From an uncultured Melioribacter sp. (lineage in GTDB: Bacteria > Bacteroidota > Ignavibacteria > Ignavibacteriales > Melioribacteraceae): a stretch of 64,000 bases of DNA. The DNA lies in contig CAZNFW010000004.1 in NCBI GenBank assembly GCA_964572725.1, positions 26,373 through 90,372 of the forward strand. Direction: 5' to 3'. Positions 20,048 through 29,206 of the stretch are shown in pieces. Made by a program: the position numbers and the translations under genes. The notes beneath the pieces are model-generated. The model made no database searches. It had not been told where the DNA came from and worked only from the letters and a program-made list of their open reading frames with translations. Position 1 is the first letter of the stretch. Each line of letters begins with the position of its first letter.

Positions 20048-22468
20048 ATGGTAAAAAATATTATCAGGATTTCTTTGGGATTCTTATTAATATCATTTTT
20101 ATCCTACGCACAGCCGCGTCAAATTGGTGGCGGACAAATAGCTGGATATGTTTTTGATGCTTCTTCTTCTGTTCCAATGGAATTTGCAAATATTGTTTTA
20201 TTTAGAACCTCAGACAGCACGCAGGTAACAGGAACAGTTACAAACTCTCAGGGTTATTTTTCACTCGAAAATATTAGAAGCGGAAATTATTATTTAAGAG
20301 TTAGTTTCATTGGATTTGAAAATACATTTATAAATCAAATTCAGATGAGAGGCAACACAAAAATTGATTTAGGGAAAATTTATCTTAAACCAAAAACTAT
20401 TCAAACAAAAGATGTGGTAGTAAGCGGGGAGAGAGCTCAGATTTCTTATCAAATTGACAAAAAAGTAATTAATGTAAGCGAGAGCTTTTCATCAATTTCT
20501 GGAACTGCAGTAGATGTTCTGGAAAATATTCCCTCGGTTACAGTAGATATTGATGGTAATGTAAGTTTAAGAGGCAGCGGAAACTTTACTGTATTAATTG
20601 ATGGTCGTCCTTCTATTTTGCAGGGCAGCGAAGCACTGCAGCAAATTCCAGCAAGTGCAATCGAAAACATTGAAATAATAACCAATCCATCCGCAAAATA
20701 TGACCCAGAGGGAACTGCTGGCATAATTAATATAGTCATGAAAAAAAATAAAAATATTGGTGCAAGTGGAATGTTAAATCTGAATGGCGGTTTGAGAAAT
20801 AAATATGGCGGCGAGGCTGTGGGCGATTTTAAGAAAGACAATATCCAAATAACACTTGGTGCAAATTATAATAACAGAAATATGTATATGGATTTAGTAG
20901 AGCGAAACTGGACTAATGATGGAACAAAAACTTCGTATTACAATTCCGACGGCAGAATGAATAGAAAAATGAATTTCTGGGGTTTACGAGGAAATATAAC
21001 TATTAACTATGGCAGCAATGATTTATCATTCGGCGGAAGATTGGGAGGAAGGTCTTTTGGAGGAAACTCAAATAGAAATTACAGTGAATGGACTTCGCTG
21101 AATGAAACTCCATCAAGTTATTTAAGCTACACAGATGATAATCGTTCAGGTGATTATTATTCCTTCTTTACAAATTATACTCACAAATTTGAACAAAAAG
21201 GTCATGAGTTATCTGCTGAAGCTTATTACAGTTCAAGCCAATCAAACGATGAATCAACAAATAAGTTATTTAATATCAATCAAATAATTAATGGAAAAAG
21301 AGCAGAAGAAGATGAACCAGAGAGTGAATTCAGAACCAAAATTGATTATACGCTGCCACTTGGTGTAAATAGAAAATTTGAAGCAGGATATCAGGGAATA
21401 ATTGAAAAATCAGGCGAAGATCATAAGTTATATGATTTTAACAAAACTTCAGAACTTTTTGAACTCAATTCTCAATACAGCAACAAATCAGATTTTTCAA
21501 GAAACGAACTTGCATTCTATACAATTTACTCTGATAAAATTTCTTCTTTTGGATATCAGCTTGGTTTTAGAACAGAATATACCGGCATTAAAACAGTGTT
21601 AAACGAAACTAATCAGAGTTTCACCATTGACAGATGGGATTATTTTCCAACAATTCATTTATCATACGAAATTGTTCCAGGACATCAAATAATGTCAAGT
21701 TATACAAGAAGAATTAATCGTCCTCGCGGATGGGATTACGAACCGTTTTATACTTGGATGGATGCTTACAATGTGCGAGTTGGAAATCCATCTTTGTTAC
21801 CCGAACTAATTGATTCATATGAATTAAGTTATCAAGCATTATTAGGAAAAACAGTTTTTTCTATTGATACATATTACAGAGTAACAAATAATAAAATTGA
21901 ACATGTTCGTTCTGTATTTTCAGAAAATGTTAATCTCGAATCTGTAAAAAATGTTGGCAAAGATTATTCATTAGGAACAGAACTATTCTTTAATTTTGAT
22001 TTAATCAAAAACTGGAATGTAAACTTAATGGGTAATTTATATAATTATAAAATCGAGGGAGATTTAAATGGAATAACATTTTCGCGTAATAGTTTTAATT
22101 GGAATCTAAGATTTAATAATAACATTAAGTTATTAAGTTCTACCCAGCTGCAAATTAATTTAATGTATAATAGTCCTACTGTTTCTTCACAGGGCAGGAG
22201 AGAAGGTTTTATTTCAACAAATATTGGAATCAAACAAGATTTACTTGGAAAAATGTTAACTGCAACTTTACAGGTTAGAGATTTATTTGGAGCATCAAAA
22301 TTTAAATCCGAGAGTCAATCATTTGACTTTTATAACTATCGTTCTGCTACACGAGAATGGCCAATGGTTATGTTAAATTTAAGATTCAACATCAATAATT
22401 ATAAAAATGACAGAAGAACCCAGGAACGTCCAGAAGAAATGGAAATGGAAGGAGATTACGAAAATTAA
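20048..22468 (+). CDS. TonB-dependent outer-membrane receptor with an N-terminal carboxypeptidase-regulatory-like domain
   Basis: It has a signal peptide, a CarboxypepD_reg-like segment (GYVFDASS...NIVLF...TNSQGYFSLE), a plug (DVLENIPSVTVD), and a long beta-barrel. Confidence 0.85.
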   Translation: MVKNIIRISLGFLLISFLSYAQPRQIGGGQIAGYVFDASSSVPMEFANIVLFRTSDSTQVTGTVTNSQGYFSLENIRSGNYYLRVSFIGFENTFINQIQMRGNTKIDLGKIYLKPKTIQTKDVVVSGERAQISYQIDKKVINVSESFSSISGTAVDVLENIPSVTVDIDGNVSLRGSGNFTVLIDGRPSILQGSEALQQIPASAIENIEIITNPSAKYDPEGTAGIINIVMKKNKNIGASGMLNLNGGLRNKYGGEAVGDFKKDNIQITLGANYNNRNMYMDLVERNWTNDGTKTSYYNSDGRMNRKMNFWGLRGNITINYGSNDLSFGGRLGGRSFGGNSNRNYSEWTSLNETPSSYLSYTDDNRSGDYYSFFTNYTHKFEQKGHELSAEAYYSSSQSNDESTNKLFNINQIINGKRAEEDEPESEFRTKIDYTLPLGVNRKFEAGYQGIIEKSGEDHKLYDFNKTSELFELNSQYSNKSDFSRNELAFYTIYSDKISSFGYQLGFRTEYTGIKTVLNETNQSFTIDRWDYFPTIHLSYEIVPGHQIMSSYTRRINRPRGWDYEPFYTWMDAYNVRVGNPSLLPELIDSYELSYQALLGKTVFSIDTYYRVTNNKIEHVRSVFSENVNLESVKNVGKDYSLGTELFFNFDLIKNWNVNLMGNLYNYKIEGDLNGITFSRNSFNWNLRFNNNIKLLSSTQLQINLMYNSPTVSSQGRREGFISTNIGIKQDLLGKMLTATLQVRDLFGASKFKSESQSFDFYNYRSATREWPMVMLNLRFNINNYKNDRRTQERPEEMEMEGDYEN

Positions 22469-22489
22469 AATCCCAAATTTTTCATCTCA

Positions 22490-22520
22490 GGGTACAGTAT
22501 TAAACCTGTACCCATTTTTT
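22490..22520 (+). terminator. Intrinsic terminator after the TonB-dependent receptor gene
   Basis: The stem gggtacag / ctgtaccc (8 bp, 8-nt loop) is followed by atttttt. Confidence 0.7.
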
Positions 22521-22664
22521 ATTTTTATTAAAATTGTAGAACCAACCACATAATTATATTTCAAATCAATAATGATTAATTTTTCCAAAAACAATTTAAT
22601 TACAAATAGAAATAAGAATATCGTTATTGAACTCTTAATTTGAACATCATTAAATTATTTTATC

Positions 22665-22691
22665 TTGATAACTTGATATTAAGTATATTTG
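22665..22691 (+). promoter_or_regulatory. Candidate Bacteroidetes-type promoter (TTG-N16-TATATTTG) for the SGNH hydrolase gene
   Basis: TTG lies at 22665-22667 and TATATTTG (TAnnTTTG) at 22684-22691, about 40 nt upstream of the ATG at 22732. Confidence 0.35.
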
Positions 22692-22731
22692 ATTTAAGTA
22701 TTTATTTTTATAAACAACTTTGAGAATTATT

Positions 22732-24735
22732 ATGAGAACAGAAAATTCTATTAAAGCTTTCAGACCTGAACTTTCTTACACAACCATATTAATTTTCTTT
22801 TTATTGATTTTCACAGGATTTATTTCAGGACAATCAAAAAAATGGGTTGGCACATGGGCTACTGCACCTCAACTTGTTGAACCCAATAATATGCCTCCAT
22901 CACCAGGTTTAACAAATAATTCACTTAGACAAATTGTAAGAGTTTCTATTGGCGGTGATACTATAAGACTTAAACTTTCCAATGAATTTAGTTATCAAGC
23001 TGTTGAAATAAAATCAGTTCAAATAGCTGCATCTACGGGAGGAAGTTCAATTGATGTTTCAACAAATAAAGAATTAACTTTTAATGGAAAATCAGAATTT
23101 ACAATAAATCCCGGAACAGCAGTTACATCCGACCCTGTAGCATTTCCTTTAAAACCAAGAATGGATGTAGCCATAACAATTTATTATGGCAAAACATCGT
23201 CAACAGTTACAGGTCATCCGGGTTCTCGAACAACATCATATATAATTTCTGGAAATAATCCTGATGTAAAAGATTTTACTGGTGCTGTTACAACTGACCA
23301 CTGGTATAATATCAATGCGATTGAAGTTTTAGTCCCATCAAACTATGCTTGTGTTGCAATACTTGGCAATTCTATTACAGACGGAAGAGGTTCAACAACA
23401 AACATGCAAAACAGATGGACTGATATTTTTTCGGAACAACTCCTTAAAGATCCAAGAACTCAACATATTGGAGTTTTAAATCTTGGAATAGGCGGCAATT
23501 GTGTGCTTTCACAATGTCTTGGTCCTTCAGCTGTAAGCCGATTTGACAGAGATATACTTGATCAGTCGGGTGTGCGATGGATTATCGTTTTTGAGGGAGT
23601 CAATGACATTGGAGGTGTAAAAACCTCAGAAGCAGCAAATAATGTTGCGAACAATCTTATTGATGCTTATAAACAGATGATAGCAAAAGCTCATGCCAAG
23701 AATATAAAAATTTATGGTGCTACTATAATGCCATTTAAGGGAAATCAATATTACAATCAATATAGTGAATCATGCAGAAGCATTGTAAATCAATGGATTC
23801 GAACTAAAGGAAATTTTGATGCATTTATTGACTTCGATAAAATTATGCGCGACCTAAAGGATACATTAAAAATTATTTCATCATTTCAGAATGATGGTCT
23901 GCACCCAGATGCTGAAGGATACAAAAAAATGGGAGAGTCTATTGACTTAAATTTATTTATCGGTGAAGATACAACATTTCAACAGGGTAATCTTGAGTAT
24001 CTTTGGTTCGAAGCAGAAAGATTTGTCAAAGAAGGAAGCAATTATAATATTATATCAGATGCTGCTACTTCAAATGGAAAGTATATAACTGTTAGAACAG
24101 GAATTCAATCACTTAATAATCCGCCAGCACTTCAAGAAGATTTGCTTACAATTCCTTTTGAAGTAAAATACGATACAGCTTACAATGTTTTTGCACGTAT
24201 AAATTGTCCCACTTATGATGACGACTCATTCTGGATAACAATTGACAACAACCAATTTTATAACTCTAATGGATTAAAAACTAACAGCTGGGAATGGAAA
24301 AAACTAAACAGTTATGAATTAACCAAAGGAAATCACACACTTCAAATCGGTTACCGTGAAGATGGCGCTTGTCTTGACAAAATTTGTATTACAAATGATA
24401 TATCTGCTCCAGTTGGTCTTGGTGGTATCGATTCTCTATTAACCACTGAAATAACCTCTGAGAAATTACAATACGATTTTTTTTTAGCTCAAAACTATCC
24501 AAATCCTTTCAATCCATCCACAACAATAAATTTTAGTATTTCAAAAAGTTCGTTTGTGACATTAAAAATATACAATATACTTGGAAAAGAAATATCTACT
24601 TTAGTATCAGAAAAATTGCCAGCAGGTTTTTATTCAATTAATTGGAATGCTGCTAATTTATCAAGCGGAGTTTATTTTTATAGATTTATTGCTGGAAGCT
24701 TTTCACAAACAAAAAAACTAATATTATTAAGATAA
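22732..24735 (+). CDS. Secreted SGNH/GDSL hydrolase with a carbohydrate-binding-like module and a T9SS C-terminal sorting domain
   Basis: Block I is ILGNSITDGRGS and block V is DGLHPDAEGY. The C-terminus is NYPNPFNPSTTINF...GVYFYRF. The ORF-track TTG at 22720 is an alternative start. Confidence 0.8.
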   Translation: MRTENSIKAFRPELSYTTILIFFLLIFTGFISGQSKKWVGTWATAPQLVEPNNMPPSPGLTNNSLRQIVRVSIGGDTIRLKLSNEFSYQAVEIKSVQIAASTGGSSIDVSTNKELTFNGKSEFTINPGTAVTSDPVAFPLKPRMDVAITIYYGKTSSTVTGHPGSRTTSYIISGNNPDVKDFTGAVTTDHWYNINAIEVLVPSNYACVAILGNSITDGRGSTTNMQNRWTDIFSEQLLKDPRTQHIGVLNLGIGGNCVLSQCLGPSAVSRFDRDILDQSGVRWIIVFEGVNDIGGVKTSEAANNVANNLIDAYKQMIAKAHAKNIKIYGATIMPFKGNQYYNQYSESCRSIVNQWIRTKGNFDAFIDFDKIMRDLKDTLKIISSFQNDGLHPDAEGYKKMGESIDLNLFIGEDTTFQQGNLEYLWFEAERFVKEGSNYNIISDAATSNGKYITVRTGIQSLNNPPALQEDLLTIPFEVKYDTAYNVFARINCPTYDDDSFWITIDNNQFYNSNGLKTNSWEWKKLNSYELTKGNHTLQIGYREDGACLDKICITNDISAPVGLGGIDSLLTTEITSEKLQYDFFLAQNYPNPFNPSTTINFSISKSSFVTLKIYNILGKEISTLVSEKLPAGFYSINWNAANLSSGVYFYRFIAGSFSQTKKLILLR

Positions 24736-24862
24736 AAACACTTTACTTTTTTCATAAAAAGTAATATTAGATTTTTGCATCTGATAGAACTACCATCCAA
24801 ATTTTAGATAAATATTTCAACAAGCTGAGCAGCAGTTATTATGGTAGAATAGTTCTAAAAAA

Positions 24863-24895
24863 AGCGACCCATAATTAAATAGGTCGCTTATTTTA
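24863..24895. terminator. Bidirectional intrinsic terminator between the SGNH hydrolase and slyD-like genes
   Basis: The stem is agcgacc / ggtcgct. An A-run lies on the left (a U-tract for the minus strand) and tatttt on the right. Confidence 0.6.
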
Positions 24896-24921
24896 AAGAT
24901 GCAAAAATATTTATACAATAA

Positions 24922-25350
24922 TTACAAAATCTCGATTAACTGAATATTGAAATTCAAATCCTCGCCGGCCAATTCATGATTTGCATCTATCATTACACCA
25001 TCAGGCAATACTTCAACAACACGCAAAGCAAGAATTTGATTATCTGCTGTCTGCATGTGTAGTTTCATACCAACTTCTGGATTTAAATCCGGTGGAAGAT
25101 TTGCATTGCTTATTTTGATAATCAAATCATCCCTTCGAGCACCATAAGCTTCCTCAGCTGGAATTGTAATGTTAATTGATTCCCCAGGCTGCAGACCAAT
25201 TACAGCTTCTTCAAATTTTTCCAGAATTGTTCCATCGCCTATGGTAAACTCTAAAGGCTCACCATTAACTGATGAATCAAATTGTCTGCCGTCTTTCAGC
25301 GTTCCTGTATAGTGAACTCTTACAGTATCGCCGCTTTTTGCTACTGCCAT
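24922..25350 (-). CDS. slyD: FKBP-type peptidyl-prolyl isomerase, SlyD-like (no His-rich tail)
   Basis: 142 aa. VHYTGTLKDGRQFDSS and IDANHELAGEDLNFNIQLIEI align with the SlyD FKBP and IF-domain architecture. Confidence 0.85.
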   Translation of the reverse strand: MAVAKSGDTVRVHYTGTLKDGRQFDSSVNGEPLEFTIGDGTILEKFEEAVIGLQPGESINITIPAEEAYGARRDDLIIKISNANLPPDLNPEVGMKLHMQTADNQILALRVVEVLPDGVMIDANHELAGEDLNFNIQLIEIL

Positions 25351-25652
25351 ATTAAATTACCTCCAACGACTATAAGTCGTTTATTTTGATTTGTTATTAA
25401 TTTGTTTTTACCACTTAAGAAATTCTTTCAGTTTCTACAGAAATGATTTCCTTTATTATGGATTTGCTAATAAACGAGTTGCAACAACGTGGAATACAAA
25501 GTGAACGAGCAGCAACCTGCTCAAATATAAACAATTATATATTTATTAAAAATTTTATTCGAAAATTTTTTACATACTTTTTATTGCATAATTAAATTTG
25601 CTTTATAACTGATATTATTCGTTTTTCATAACCTCAAAAAGTAATAATTATA

Positions 25653-25660
25653 TATTTTTG
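25653..25660 (+). promoter_or_regulatory. Candidate -7 promoter box (TAnnTTTG) for trmB
   Basis: TATTTTTG ends 22 nt upstream of the trmB ATG. Confidence 0.3.
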
Positions 25661-25682
25661 CAAAATAATTTTCTTAACATTT

Positions 25683-26330
25683 ATGCCAAGAAGAAAACAT
25701 ATAAAAATTGCTGAGGTCAGAACTTTTCAAAATGTTTTTGATTATAAGCAGGAAAATATCGAAAAAAAAATTATAGACTTTTTTGGGACATCTAAACCTG
25801 TAACTTTAGAACTTGGATGCGGACAGGCAGATTATTCAATTAATCTTGCAAAAATTTATCCTCATCGAAATTTTATTGGCATTGACAGAAAAGCTGCACG
25901 ACTGTGGAATGCATCAAAAAACGCAACTCAAGAAAATTTGAATAATGTGGCTTTCTTAATTGCTTATATTGAAAAACTTGATGAGATTTTCAAGCAAATA
26001 AAATCTGAGGAAATCTGGATAACTTTTCCCGACCCATATCCAAGAAGAAGCAGTATGAAAAAACGTCTTGTTCATCCAAGATTTCTTGAAGTGTATAAAA
26101 AACTTTTATTGCCTGAAGGAAAAATATTTTTAAAGACTGATGATGATACTTTATATTCCTACACATTAAAAGTTATTGAAGAGGAAAATTTAATTTTGCA
26201 CAAAGCTACAGAAGACCTTTATAAATCAAATTCACTCACTGAAGAAGAAAAAATTCAAACAAAATATGAAAAACAACATTTAGCGGAAGGGAAAAAAATT
26301 AAGTTAATTTGTTTTTCTTTTAATAACTGA
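25683..26330 (+). CDS. trmB: tRNA (guanine46-N7)-methyltransferase
   Basis: It has the SAM motif LELGCGQADY and the FPDPYPRR motif characteristic of TrmB. Confidence 0.9.
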   Translation: MPRRKHIKIAEVRTFQNVFDYKQENIEKKIIDFFGTSKPVTLELGCGQADYSINLAKIYPHRNFIGIDRKAARLWNASKNATQENLNNVAFLIAYIEKLDEIFKQIKSEEIWITFPDPYPRRSSMKKRLVHPRFLEVYKKLLLPEGKIFLKTDDDTLYSYTLKVIEEENLILHKATEDLYKSNSLTEEEKIQTKYEKQHLAEGKKIKLICFSFNN

Positions 26331-26332
26331 GT

Positions 26333-26767
26333 CTATTTTCTTTTAATTATAAGCTCAATCTTATAATCTTCCACATTAATTCTTCTATCAAGTTCGGGAT
26401 AAGGCATTAATGAATTTAATCTGATTAAATAATCATACACCACAGCAGACTTAGGTTCAAGAGTAGTATGAAGTGAAGCTCGAGTAATAATATCATGTTT
26501 TGAAAAACTAAGTTTTACTTCACCGTCGCCCTCCCATATACACATTGCATTTCTCGGACATCTTGAATCTGCAACAACTTCTTCAAATGTTATTGTCAAA
26601 TTATCATCAAGCAATATTTTTTCTTTAAAATTTAATTGGACAATAATAGAATCATCTTCTTTAACTGAATATTTTTTAAGTTCTGGAAATAAAATGCTCT
26701 CATGTTCAAAGCAGGAGGATAGCAAAAAGGCAGCTGTTATTAAACAACTTACTAATACTTTTTTCAT
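26333..26767 (-). CDS. Hypothetical lipoprotein
   Basis: It has a signal peptide with the lipobox LLSSC and a conserved-looking DSRCPRNAMCIWEGDG segment. I recognise no function. Confidence 0.55.
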   Translation of the reverse strand: MKKVLVSCLITAAFLLSSCFEHESILFPELKKYSVKEDDSIIVQLNFKEKILLDDNLTITFEEVVADSRCPRNAMCIWEGDGEVKLSFSKHDIITRASLHTTLEPKSAVVYDYLIRLNSLMPYPELDRRINVEDYKIELIIKRK

Positions 26768-26802
26768 AATAAATTCCTCTTAAAACTTTGTTAATAAAAA
26801 AT

Positions 26803-27510
26803 TTATTCGAATAATTTTATTTCTTCCTCAGTCAAAAATCTGAATTTTCCTTTTTCAAGATTTCCTAATTTAATCTTTCCTATAGAAATTCTGATTAATC
26901 TCAAAACATTAATTCCTAGATGTGATAACATTCTTCTTATATGCCTGTTTTTACCTTCATCAAGAACAATTTCAATCCAGCTGTTCTTTTTTCCACATCT
27001 AACAATCTTCACATTTTTTACATTCAAAAATTCTCCATCTGCATAAAATCCTTTTACAAGTTTTTTAATTAAATCTTCATCCGCAATTCTGTCAATTTTA
27101 ACATGATACTTTTTTTCAATATGACTCTCAGGATTTAATATTTTATTTGCCCATTGTGTATCGTTTGTAAAAAGCAGAAGTCCTTCACTTGCTTTATCAA
27201 GTCTGCCAACGGGGAAAATATAAGATAAATTATAATTTTCAAAACATTTAAATACCGTATCGCGATTTTTCTCATCAGACATTGTTGTTACAAGACCATG
27301 CGGTTTATTCAATGCAATATAAATTTTAGGGGATTCATTAATAATTTTATCTTCAACTGATATTTTATCCTTACTTAGATTAACTCTTTTATAAATATCT
27401 GTAATTATCTTACCATTTACAAGAACTTTACCTTCTGCAATTAATTTTTCACCTTGTTTTCGAGAACAATACCCAAGTTTTGATAATGCTCGAGGAAGAC
27501 TTGCAATCAT
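26803..27510 (-). CDS. Pseudouridine synthase, RsuA/RluB family (S4 domain plus catalytic domain)
   Basis: It has an S4-like N-terminus (LSKLGYCSRKQGEKLI) and the catalytic motif GRLDKASEGLLLFTND. I prefer the start at the internal ATG 27510. Confidence 0.85.
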   Translation of the reverse strand: MIASLPRALSKLGYCSRKQGEKLIAEGKVLVNGKIITDIYKRVNLSKDKISVEDKIINESPKIYIALNKPHGLVTTMSDEKNRDTVFKCFENYNLSYIFPVGRLDKASEGLLLFTNDTQWANKILNPESHIEKKYHVKIDRIADEDLIKKLVKGFYADGEFLNVKNVKIVRCGKKNSWIEIVLDEGKNRHIRRMLSHLGINVLRLIRISIGKIKLGNLEKGKFRFLTEEEIKLFE

Positions 27511-27613
27511 AATCAATGAATTAATTTTTTCAATAAAAAATAATTTTTTTGTTCGATAAAGTTCAACAAAATTCCCTCTCATTCGATTATTAAGTAGTAA
27601 TTTATCATTTTTT

Positions 27614-29206
27614 GTGAGCTTCGCTTTGAAAAATTTTCTTAAGAAACTTTTTATAAATAAATATTCTCTTTTAAAAGAAAGAGCTCAGTTATGTGAGGAG
27701 AGAAATAAACTTATACTTAAAAACTTAAACGGGGTTGCCTACCAGATTGATATAAGAAACCCGCAAATAATTTATATGGAGGGAAATGTTGAGGAACTTA
27801 CAGGTTATTCTATTGATGATTTCGTAAGCGGGAAAAAATATTGGATAGATATTATTTATAGTGAAGATGTAAATAAATTCTTAAATGAAGCAAAAAATTT
27901 AGCTTTAACTGATAATTATACTGCTGACAATGAATATAGAATAATCCACAAAAATGGAAATATAGTATGGGTTAGAGATATAGCAGCAAAATTTAATGTT
28001 GATAAAAAAATTATTCATGGAATTTTATATGATATAACAACTTACAAAGAAAAAGAGGAGAAATTAAAATTAGTCAGTCACTCTGTTGATAACGCAAGGA
28101 TTCCTATTGTGTGGGTTGGCAGCAAAGGAGAAATTTTATATGCAAATAAAGCAGCCTGCAAATCACTGGAATATACAGAAGAAGAAATTTTAAAATTGAC
28201 AGTTTTTGATATTGACCCAAACATTAAAAGAGAAACATGGGAAGAACATTGGCAAAAAACACTTGAAAAGGATTCATTTGTGTTCCAGACAATTCACCGT
28301 TCAAAATCAGGAAAAGAATATCCTGTTGAAATATTTGTTGATACAATTAAATACAAAGGTCAGTATATTCACACTGATATTGTAAATGACATTTCTGAAA
28401 GAAAAAAATATGAACAGCAGCTAATCGAAGCAAAAGAAAAGGCAGAATTATCAGATAAATTGAAAACTGCTTTCTTGTCGCAAATGTCACACGAAATAAG
28501 AAGCCCGCTTCAAAAAATACTTGGATTTGTTGAACTTATTAAAGAATATGTTGAACTTACAAATAATTACATTGACCCAGAAATTTATGAGTATTTCACA
28601 CTTATTAATTTATCCAGCAGAAGATTGATAAGAACAATTGATACTATTTTGAATATGTCGGAAATGCATACTAATTCTTACACTCCAATATTTATAGAAC
28701 GAGATCTTCATTCTTTAATATATGATATTTACCAAGAATTTAAACATGATGCTTCAGTTAAAAAATTAGCTTTCAGTTTTGATAACTTTACAAATAATTC
28801 TATAGTAAGAATAGATGAATACAGCACAATCCAGATATTTGAAAATTTGATTGACAATGCAATAAAATATACCGACAAAGGATTTGTAAAAATATCTCTG
28901 GGAAGAGATTATAAAAATAATTTATATATTGAAATCAGTGATTCTGGAATTGGAATGACAAAAGAATTTATGAATAAATTGTTTTTCCCTTTTAATCAGG
29001 AAGAAATTGGTTATACAAGAACTTATGAAGGTTTGGGATTGGGACTTGCTCTCGTTAAAAAATATTGTGACTTAAACAATGCAATAATTGATGTAAAAAG
29101 TGAAAAAGGAGTCGGAACAACTATAAGAGTTACATTTCAAGCATTTCATTCAAGTAACTCTCACTCAACTAATTCTTACCAAACTATTGGACAAAATAAG
29201 AAATAG
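27614..29206 (+). CDS. Cytoplasmic PAS/PAC sensor histidine kinase
   Basis: It has two PAS/PAC repeats, the H-box SQMSHEIRSPL, and ATPase boxes (NAIKYT, DSGIGM, GLGLGL). There is no TM segment. It starts on GTG. Confidence 0.85.
   Translation: MSFALKNFLKKLFINKYSLLKERAQLCEERNKLILKNLNGVAYQIDIRNPQIIYMEGNVEELTGYSIDDFVSGKKYWIDIIYSEDVNKFLNEAKNLALTDNYTADNEYRIIHKNGNIVWVRDIAAKFNVDKKIIHGILYDITTYKEKEEKLKLVSHSVDNARIPIVWVGSKGEILYANKAACKSLEYTEEEILKLTVFDIDPNIKRETWEEHWQKTLEKDSFVFQTIHRSKSGKEYPVEIFVDTIKYKGQYIHTDIVNDISERKKYEQQLIEAKEKAELSDKLKTAFLSQMSHEIRSPLQKILGFVELIKEYVELTNNYIDPEIYEYFTLINLSSRRLIRTIDTILNMSEMHTNSYTPIFIERDLHSLIYDIYQEFKHDASVKKLAFSFDNFTNNSIVRIDEYSTIQIFENLIDNAIKYTDKGFVKISLGRDYKNNLYIEISDSGIGMTKEFMNKLFFPFNQEEIGYTRTYEGLGLGLALVKKYCDLNNAIIDVKSEKGVGTTIRVTFQAFHSSNSHSTNSYQTIGQNKK

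Noticed and set aside
20449-20841. The ORF track lists many 60-130-aa ORFs antisense to, or out of frame within, long genes. Examples are 1085..1303, 3533..3793, 8371..8604, 15813..16073, 19320..19613, 20449..20841, 42283..42567, 43983..44294, 44807..45121 and 60373..60714.
   Set aside because: Each lies entirely inside a longer ORF with clear family motifs. Their translations are low-complexity (Ile/Leu/Phe/Ser/Lys-rich), as expected for shadow frames in AT-rich DNA, and none has a recognisable motif.
25475-25500. The 9-mer CGTTGTTGC (minus strand) is shared between the slyD/trmB spacer and the sigma-54 promoter region at 43719-43727. This could mark a second sigma-54 site.
   Set aside because: The slyD-spacer copy has CC where the invariant -24 GG should be, and the spacing is off by one. 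A single shared 9-mer in 128 kb of two-strand sequence could be chance.
29184-29206. There are convergent 3'-end overlaps: 23 nt between the PAS kinase and lipoprotein genes, and 20 nt at 43181-43200. These might indicate mis-called genes or a frameshift.
   Set aside because: Both partners in each pair read through to natural stops with intact C-terminal motifs. Short tail-to-tail overlaps are common in compact genomes, so I note them only as possible antisense interference.
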